From positions 1 to 60,636 of the IMG/VR virus record IMGVR_UViG_3300020580_000015: a stretch of DNA of 60,636 nucleotides; one strand, given 5' to 3'. The position numbers and the translations under genes are program-made. Each line of letters opens with the position of its first letter. The first letter of the stretch is position 1. Shown in pieces: positions 54,259-60,636 of this stretch. The notes beneath the pieces were generated by a model. The model was not told the DNA's origin and ran no database searches. It saw nothing but the letters and a program-made list of their open reading frames with translations. This DNA comes from a virus. Taxonomy: Duplodnaviria > Caudoviricetes.

Positions 54259-55208
54259 GTCTCGGCGCATCGGCCGAAGACTGGGCACACTTCGATTTAA
54301 TACTCGGACTAGGCACCAACCTATTACCCTGCGTGCCAGCATCGTCGGACGTGAAAGTGGCAGAAGGCTCCGCGCTGGCCGGGAAGGTGGGGAAGATTCC
54401 GTCGATGATTAATGGCCGTGGTGAAGCTCATGGCCTATTAGCCTGGCAGAAGCGTGAGATCGCATCGAGTGAGGTGCAGTACTGGTCCAGCGACCGGCGC
54501 CTCAACATGTGCGTGCGCACCGGCCCGATCAGTGGCATCTATGCTCTCGACATCGACATCGACGACGATCCCACCGTCGGCCCTGACCGCGCAACTGACG
54601 TTGTCGACGCGATACACTCAACACTCGGCGCGCTTCCCACGCGATGGCGCGAGAACAGCGGCAAGTGTCTATTGATGTTCAGGATGGAGGAGCCATGCAA
54701 GAAGCGCAAGATCAAGCTCGATGCGAATCCCAAAGGTCCGGCCATCGAGCTGCTCGCCGATGGTCAGCAGTTCGTTGCCTGTGGCACGCACTCCTCTGGT
54801 GTGCGCTACCGCTGGGGTGCCGAGCTGCCTTCGAACATTCCGACGATCACGCTGGCTCAGCTGGATTCATTATGGAAGACACTGACTACCAGCTATGCGA
54901 GGAGCGATACGTCACCCGTCCCGAATGCTCTGGCCAAGGCATCGAACCCATCTACGGGTACGGACCAATCAGCGGGGGTGATGAAGACGATAAGCGAGCC
55001 AGACTGGGAACATTTGCTGGCATGCCTTCGCTTCCTGGTTCCACACGCCGCGGACGAACAAGTATGGGCGGAAATAGGAATGGCTCTATTGTCGATCAAA
55101 GATTGCGGTAAGCCGGTGCGGCAGCTGTGGCTAGACTTCAGCAGAAAAGCACCAAATTGGGAAGAAGGCGCGGCCGAGCAATGGTGGGAGGCGCACGCTC
55201 GTGAATAG
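54255..55208 (+). CDS. bifunctional primase-polymerase (prim-pol) plus start of PriCT-2 domain
   Basis: GKIP, N..VRTG, ALDIDID, GQQFVA.G.H.SG..Y.W; WAEIGMAL...W.DFS. Confidence 0.88.
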   Translation: MSLGASAEDWAHFDLILGLGTNLLPCVPASSDVKVAEGSALAGKVGKIPSMINGRGEAHGLLAWQKREIASSEVQYWSSDRRLNMCVRTGPISGIYALDIDIDDDPTVGPDRATDVVDAIHSTLGALPTRWRENSGKCLLMFRMEEPCKKRKIKLDANPKGPAIELLADGQQFVACGTHSSGVRYRWGAELPSNIPTITLAQLDSLWKTLTTSYARSDTSPVPNALAKASNPSTGTDQSAGVMKTISEPDWEHLLACLRFLVPHAADEQVWAEIGMALLSIKDCGKPVRQLWLDFSRKAPNWEEGAAEQWWEAHARE

Positions 55209-55683
55209 GCTGCAGATTTACTATCAGCTTAATAAGGAACGTCTCAAGGCGCAGGCCAGAGCACGTTACGCCACTAAGCGAGAAGAGATACGCCAGAAAT
55301 TAAATGAGTATGGACGTAAGAACAGAGTCGCAGCTAAAGAGCGTCTTCAGAAATGGAGAAAAGATAACCCCGATAAGGCTAAAGAACAATCGCGTCGGTA
55401 TTACGCAAACAGCGTAGCTAGACGGGCGCATGTAAAGCTTGAGACTGCGTACCGCCGCGCGGCAATAGCCAACAGAAAGTGCATTTGCTGTACTAATATC
55501 ATGTTTCGCACTGTTTACGCAGCGTCTGAACTGGTAGGCGGCGAGGTCGACCACATAAAAGCGATAGCGCTCGGAGGAAAGCACTGCGTGAAGAATCTAC
55601 AGATTCTCAGTGTGGAAGAGCACAAGGAAAAAACCAAGCGCGATCTAGCTGAATGTCGGAGGCTCCGTGCAGCCGCGAAGTGA
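55201..55683 (+). CDS. HNH homing endonuclease interrupting primase-helicase
   Basis: Basic helical repeats; EVDHIKAIALGGKHCVKNLQIL..EEH..KT; low GC. Confidence 0.9.
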   Translation: MNRLQIYYQLNKERLKAQARARYATKREEIRQKLNEYGRKNRVAAKERLQKWRKDNPDKAKEQSRRYYANSVARRAHVKLETAYRRAAIANRKCICCTNIMFRTVYAASELVGGEVDHIKAIALGGKHCVKNLQILSVEEHKEKTKRDLAECRRLRAAAK

Positions 55684-57346
55684 CTTTAGGCGTATATTCA
55701 ATATGGCGCGGCAGCGCGGCATGCAACGAATCGCCTCACCTGACGACTTCCCGCCAGTGGCAGCGGCCGACTCGCCTCCAGCGGCGAATTCTGATCTGGT
55801 TGATGTCATGCCACCGGAAACTCAGATAACGCCTGGCGAGCGGCGCACGATTCTTCTGATTGACGCGAACTTCCCTAACATTTTGGATGAACTGGAAGAA
55901 GTAATTAGTCCGTACGTCTACACACAAGGATCACACCTGGTTCGAACATCGGAAGCTCACAATGACGCCGCCATACAGCGCAGCGCCGACGCGTTGATGC
56001 TGGTTGGTGCATCAAAAGATTGGGCGCGCAAGCGGCTCGGCCAGCTTTGTGATTTCAAGAAATATTTATCGTCGCGTGAGGAATGGATATCAGTTAGCCC
56101 AAGTGCCGAACATGTCAACGCGATGCTCGGGCTGGGCGGATGGAGCACGCTACGCCCGCTTGACGCCATCGCCCGCGCGCCGTTTTTACGGGAAGATGGA
56201 AGCATCTGCGATGTTCTCGGGTACGATTGTGCAAGTCGTGTTTTATACATCCCAAGCACGAATTATCCGCCGATCCCAGAGACACCGACGCGTGACGACG
56301 CGGTGGCAGCGCTCGCGCGCATCCGCGAACCGTTCAATGAGTTTCCCTGGAAGGAGGAGGCATCGGAGAGCGCGTTCCTGTCGCACATCCTCGCCGAGGC
56401 CGCGCGACTAGCAATGGAGCGCTGCCCGATGTATTTCTACGACGCGCCGATGGCCGGCACTGGCAAGAGCACACTGCAAGAGATGGCCGCGCGCATCGTG
56501 CACGGCACCGAGCCGGCACTGCGCCCTTGGGTGGCCGACGAGGACGAACTACGCAAATCACTTTACGCATGTCTGATGGCGGGTGACCGCTCCATCTGGT
56601 TCGACAACGTGCCGGATGGTGTGAAGGTGCGCTCCTCTGTGCTCGAAGCGTTCCTCACCAGCGCGGTGTGGAAGGATCGTAAGCTGGGCGAGAGCATGAC
56701 CACAGCGATACCGAACAAGACGGTGCTGGTGGCTTCAGGCAACAACCTGACACCAGTCTCCGCACTTGCACGGCGTAGCCTCGTGATACGCCTCGACGCC
56801 AACACCGAGCATCTACGTGAGCGTGTGTTCAAGATCGTGAACCCGCGCCGGCACGTCATGGAGCGACGCGGTCAGATGCTCATTGACGCGCTCACGATCA
56901 TCAAGGCGTATCTCTTGACCGGCGGCAAGGAACAGATGCCGGTCGCGCTGCCCAGCTTCGAGGATTGGTCGCGCCTCGCGCGTGATCCGTTGATCTGGCT
57001 TGGCCTCGCGGATCCTGTTGTCACACAGCTCAATGAAACGGATGACGAGTCTCAGCCGCTCGGTCCGATCTTCGAGAAGCTGGCAGCCAACTTCGGTGAA
57101 CGCACGTTCACCGCTGGCGACATGGCGCGCGTCGTCGGCAGTCTCTCCGATGAGAAGAACGAGCTGAGCGACGCGCTGATGCAGATGGGATGCATGGAAC
57201 CCAACAACCCCATCAAGATCGGCTACTGGCTCCGTGCCTCGAAAGATAAAATCGGCAGCGGCTTGAAACTCGTGCACGACGGGCATAGCATGCACGGTGT
57301 GAGATGGCGGTTACGAAACACGAACGGAGATCTGACCAATGGCTGA
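55667..57346 (+). CDS. end of PriCT-2 plus P-loop helicase/ATPase (C-terminal fragment of primase-helicase)
   Basis: RRIFNMARQRG; AGTGKS Walker A, WFDN, SGNN, LARRS; GGAGG before GTG. Confidence 0.85.
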   Translation: MQPRSDFRRIFNMARQRGMQRIASPDDFPPVAAADSPPAANSDLVDVMPPETQITPGERRTILLIDANFPNILDELEEVISPYVYTQGSHLVRTSEAHNDAAIQRSADALMLVGASKDWARKRLGQLCDFKKYLSSREEWISVSPSAEHVNAMLGLGGWSTLRPLDAIARAPFLREDGSICDVLGYDCASRVLYIPSTNYPPIPETPTRDDAVAALARIREPFNEFPWKEEASESAFLSHILAEAARLAMERCPMYFYDAPMAGTGKSTLQEMAARIVHGTEPALRPWVADEDELRKSLYACLMAGDRSIWFDNVPDGVKVRSSVLEAFLTSAVWKDRKLGESMTTAIPNKTVLVASGNNLTPVSALARRSLVIRLDANTEHLRERVFKIVNPRRHVMERRGQMLIDALTIIKAYLLTGGKEQMPVALPSFEDWSRLARDPLIWLGLADPVVTQLNETDDESQPLGPIFEKLAANFGERTFTAGDMARVVGSLSDEKNELSDALMQMGCMEPNNPIKIGYWLRASKDKIGSGLKLVHDGHSMHGVRWRLRNTNGDLTNG

Positions 57347-57677
57347 GCAGATGATTACGAACACGCAGGGCGACGCACTGTCCCGATTGATCCAACTACA
57401 GGCTGGACGACATGACATCCGTCAGACCTGGTCGGGCAACGGTGTCACGGATCTGATCGCGCTGTGCAATGCGCACGCTGTCAAAGCGCGACTGTCCAAA
57501 CACCTGTGGACCAGCATGCGCGAGCTTATGACGATGCCCGAGCTACGTGAGCTACCCGAGGCGCTGCAGGCGCAGATCATGTCCATCATCTTGTCGGCGC
57601 AGGCGCTGATGGAATTGGACAACGAGAGTCACGCGAAGAAACTCGCGCAGCTGGACAGGCCGAAGGGATCGCTATGA
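57339..57677 (+). CDS. hypothetical protein
   Basis: GGAG RBS; overlaps neighbours. Confidence 0.65.
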   Translation: MAEQMITNTQGDALSRLIQLQAGRHDIRQTWSGNGVTDLIALCNAHAVKARLSKHLWTSMRELMTMPELRELPEALQAQIMSIILSAQALMELDNESHAKKLAQLDRPKGSL

Positions 57678-58429
57678 CACACAGCGCATCGGAAGTCTTC
57701 ACCATGCAGCTCGCACGCGCGGCTGCCAAGCAGGCCAACAAATTCCTGAGCGCTCGTGGCCTGCAGAAGTCTGACCGCGACGATGTGATTGCGGCCGCGA
57801 TGCTGTGGTGCTGGGAGAATCGCGACAGCTACAGCCTGACCACCACGCTGGAGACCTGGTTCATGAACGCGGTGCGCGACGCGTACAAGGGACTACAGCG
57901 CGAGGAGCTGCCGACATCTGACCAATCGATGGAGCAGATGGGTGGCGGCGATGACACGTACAGCACCGTCGCTGCGGAGTCCGCGGCCATGACGCTGATC
58001 AGTGCGCTGAATCAAACCGGCAAGATGGTGGCGGTCATGACGATGGGCGGCTACACACGCGCCGAGATGATCGAGCGCGGCATCTCGAAGCGCGCGATAG
58101 ACGAGACACATCAGCGCATCAAACAGCTGCGCCGGCTGGTGCCAGACGCCGACGGCGTGCGCCTCATTGCCAGGACGATGCCCGCTGTATCGTCAGACGA
58201 TACGGATGATCAATTATCGGAGATCGACATGGCTTTGGAACAATTGGATTTCGCACCGCCCGCCGGCAAGGACTGCCCGCCATGTTTCAGGTGCATGTGG
58301 TATTACGGATTCCTGCCAGACGGCAAGCGCGGCACGCGGCTGGAGATCGAAGATCAAGACGTGCGCGAAGCGGTGAAGAACACCGAAGCGCGCAAGATAG
58401 AAATTGCACATCAGGTAAGAGGAGAGTGA
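57674..58429 (+). CDS. ECF sigma-70-like factor with C-terminal Cys cluster
   Basis: DRDDVIAAAML.CW...LETWF.NAVRD (region 2), GYTRAEM HTH (region 4), CPPCFRC. Confidence 0.65.
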   Translation: MTHSASEVFTMQLARAAAKQANKFLSARGLQKSDRDDVIAAAMLWCWENRDSYSLTTTLETWFMNAVRDAYKGLQREELPTSDQSMEQMGGGDDTYSTVAAESAAMTLISALNQTGKMVAVMTMGGYTRAEMIERGISKRAIDETHQRIKQLRRLVPDADGVRLIARTMPAVSSDDTDDQLSEIDMALEQLDFAPPAGKDCPPCFRCMWYYGFLPDGKRGTRLEIEDQDVREAVKNTEARKIEIAHQVRGE

Positions 58430-58430
58430 A

Positions 58431-58691
58431 GTGTCTGTAGATGCAAAGATAATGACGGTGGTGAGCGCGATCAAGCAGTCGCTGCAGATGTCGGGCAGCC
58501 CGGGGTCGAGCGTGAACAGCCACCCGAACCCGTTCTTCTTGAACGTGAACGGTGAGATCGATCTGAAGCACGCCGCCACGTTAATCCTTCAGCGGCTGGA
58601 GGAATATGAGGCGGCGCTGAAGGCGCGGATCGAGAAGTCGATCAAGGAAGCCGAAGCCAAGGCGGCAGCGGTCGAGGTGAATCTGGATTAG
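58431..58691 (+). CDS. hypothetical protein
   Basis: GAGGAG RBS, GTG start. Confidence 0.6.
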   Translation: MSVDAKIMTVVSAIKQSLQMSGSPGSSVNSHPNPFFLNVNGEIDLKHAATLILQRLEEYEAALKARIEKSIKEAEAKAAAVEVNLD

Positions 58692-58773
58692 GTTAAATGG
58701 CGGGCTGGGGGGTTGCGTCCCGGTCCGCTTTCCGATTATACTGGCCGCACGTAACTTGAACCTGGAGATGCAG

Positions 58774-60240
58774 ATGGAATTTTCGACCTACCAGAACGCG
58801 ATCTTCGCCTTCCTCGCCAACACCCTCCGCAACCTGGTCGTGCGCGCTGGCGCCGGCTCCGGCAAATCCACCACGCTGATCGAGATCGTCAAGCGCCTCG
58901 TCGGCAACACCATTTTCCTCGCGTTCGGCAAGGACATCGCCGAGTCGCTGAAGTCGCGCGGCGTCAACGCCCGCACCTTCCACAGCCTCACATACATCCC
59001 GGTGACCCGCTTCTACTCGACGACGGTCCGCGCCTCTGTCGACGGCAGCAAGGTCCGCAACATGATCCGCGAGCGCTACAGCGAAGCTGATCAGCGCACG
59101 TACGGCAACTTTGTCAACAAGCTGGTGGGTCTCGCGAAGAATTCCGGCATGGGTTTTCTGATCGACGACACCGAGCAGAACTGGGACGACCTGGCCGCTA
59201 AGCACGACTTGGAGATCGAAGACGGCAAGGGCGACCACCGCACCGCGCTAGAGCTGGCCCGCGCGATGCTGATCAGCTCGAACAACGCCGCCACCCAGCA
59301 GGGACTGCTTGACTTCGATGATCTGCTCTTCCTCGCCGTCAAGGAAGGCATCACGCTACCGACGTTCGACAACGTGCTGGTCGATGAGGCGCAGGACACC
59401 AACGCGATCCAGCGCGCCATCATACGCAAGATCATGAAGCCCACCTCTCGCCTGGTAGCGGTCGGTGACCCGAGCCAAGCCATCTACGGTTTCCGCGGTG
59501 CCGACAGCGACGCGATGGACCTGATCAAGTCAGAGTTCGACGCCGACGAGCTGCCCCTGACGGTTAGCTACCGCTGCGCGAAGTCCATCGTCGAGTACGC
59601 TTCCCAGTTCGGCGTGATCGAGGCCGCCCCGGGCGCCATCGACGGCGAAGTGAAGAGCCTCAAGCGCACCGACAAGTATGTGGATCTGATGGGTGCCGCT
59701 GACCTGGTGGTGTGCCGCCTCACGAAGCTGCTGATCGAGCTGGCGTACGATCTGATGATGGCCCGCAAGCCGGCGTACATGATGGGCCGCGAGATCGGCG
59801 AAGGTCTCGTGAACCTGATCAAGAAGCAGCAGGCCAAGGGCATCGAGCAGCTGATCGTCAAGCTGGAAGCCAGCACCGCCCGCGAGGTAGAGCGCGCCAA
59901 GGCGAAGAACGACGACGCCAAGGCCGAGCGCGCTGAAGACCGCCGCGACTGCATCCTGTTCCTGGTTAACACGCTGGAAGAGAACGACCGCACGATCCCC
60001 GAGCTGATCCGCGTCATCGAGAACCTGTTCCGCAACAAGGCGGACGCGGTGGTCCTGGCGACGGTGCACAAGGCCAAGGGTCTCGAAGCGGCCCGCGTGT
60101 TCTGGCTGAACCACGACTACGTCAGCAAGTGGGCGCGTCAGCCCTGGCAGAAGCAGCAGGAAGTGAACCTGCGCTACGTCGCCGCCACCCGCGCGAAGTC
60201 TGAATTGGTCCTGATCCCTTCACCCCCAAAATCCAAGTAG
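58774..60240 (+). CDS. UvrD/Rep-like SF1 helicase
   Basis: AGAGSGKS, TFHS, DFDD, VDEAQD, VGDPSQAIYGFRGA, SYRC, TVHKAKGLE, YVAATRAK. Confidence 0.95.
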   Translation: MEFSTYQNAIFAFLANTLRNLVVRAGAGSGKSTTLIEIVKRLVGNTIFLAFGKDIAESLKSRGVNARTFHSLTYIPVTRFYSTTVRASVDGSKVRNMIRERYSEADQRTYGNFVNKLVGLAKNSGMGFLIDDTEQNWDDLAAKHDLEIEDGKGDHRTALELARAMLISSNNAATQQGLLDFDDLLFLAVKEGITLPTFDNVLVDEAQDTNAIQRAIIRKIMKPTSRLVAVGDPSQAIYGFRGADSDAMDLIKSEFDADELPLTVSYRCAKSIVEYASQFGVIEAAPGAIDGEVKSLKRTDKYVDLMGAADLVVCRLTKLLIELAYDLMMARKPAYMMGREIGEGLVNLIKKQQAKGIEQLIVKLEASTAREVERAKAKNDDAKAERAEDRRDCILFLVNTLEENDRTIPELIRVIENLFRNKADAVVLATVHKAKGLEAARVFWLNHDYVSKWARQPWQKQQEVNLRYVAATRAKSELVLIPSPPKSK

Positions 60241-60254
60241 AGGAGTTTACGCAA

Positions 60255-60636
60255 ATGACTACGATCAAGAGTTACAAAGGCTTTGATCAGAACTGGAAGT
60301 GCCGCGACATGCAATACGCCGTCGGCAACACCTACGAGCATACCGGTGATGTTGCGGCGTGCAGCGCCGGCCTTCACGCCTGTGAATACCCGCTCGATGT
60401 GTTCAACTACTATACTCCGGCTTCATCGCACTTTGCTGAAGTCGAGCAATCTGGCGTATTGAGCAGACACGATAGTGACTCAAAGGTCGCCAGTTCAAAA
60501 CTGCATGTGAAGTTGCAGCTGTCTTTTGGCGACCTCATCAAGGCAGCGATTGACTACACATTCGCACGCGCTACGCCAGAAGGCAAAAAGGCAACGGGCG
60601 ACCAGGGCGCTGCATCGGCGACGGGCTACCAGGGCG
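60255..60636 (+). CDS. N-terminal part of GAASATG-repeat protein (DUF7666-like), truncated at the window end
   Basis: AGGAG RBS; YKGFD..WKCR..QY.VG...C..GLHAC..PLDVFNYY; no stop before the end. Confidence 0.85.
   Translation, partial: MTTIKSYKGFDQNWKCRDMQYAVGNTYEHTGDVAACSAGLHACEYPLDVFNYYTPASSHFAEVEQSGVLSRHDSDSKVASSKLHVKLQLSFGDLIKAAIDYTFARATPEGKKATGDQGAASATGYQG

Noticed and set aside
55195-55670. T4 gene 60-style ribosomal bypass
   Set aside because: No matching GAA landing codon in the downstream frame after the TAG at 55646; the fragment has its own GGAGG-GTG start

Overview
Near-complete ~60.6 kb GC-rich dsDNA podovirus-type phage genome. It appears circularly permuted: the gene starting at 60255 runs into the window start through a 27-bp coding repeat. 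There are two divergent arms. The rightward early/replication arm (50145 through the junction to 16377) carries a prim-pol and a helicase split by an HNH gene, an ECF-like sigma factor, UvrD, a serine recombinase, a PRTase, the DUF2800/DUF2815/PolA/VRR-NUC/SNF2 module, a T5 A1-like phosphoesterase, a dATP/dGTP diphosphohydrolase-like protein and an SPFH protein. The leftward late arm (49448 to 16422) carries small virion proteins, a beta-helix tailspike, two GroES homologues, TerS, TerL split by an HNH gene, P22-like portal/scaffold/coat/gp4/gp10, lysis genes, three ejection proteins, two fibre paralogues and a JAB/DUF4329-like protein. The most notable signal is the giant ejection protein: modules including GNAT-, zincin- and glycosylase-like domains are separated by a repeated QRG[S/A][V/F] motif, suggesting a cleavable polyprotein, and a candidate JAB-type peptidase ends the same operon. 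Also notable are two essential genes split inside domains by intronless HNH genes, a tRNA-Cys-like structured RNA with an insertion, and a 24-bp inverted repeat at the divergence point. All family calls come from motif recognition by eye; no database searches were run.
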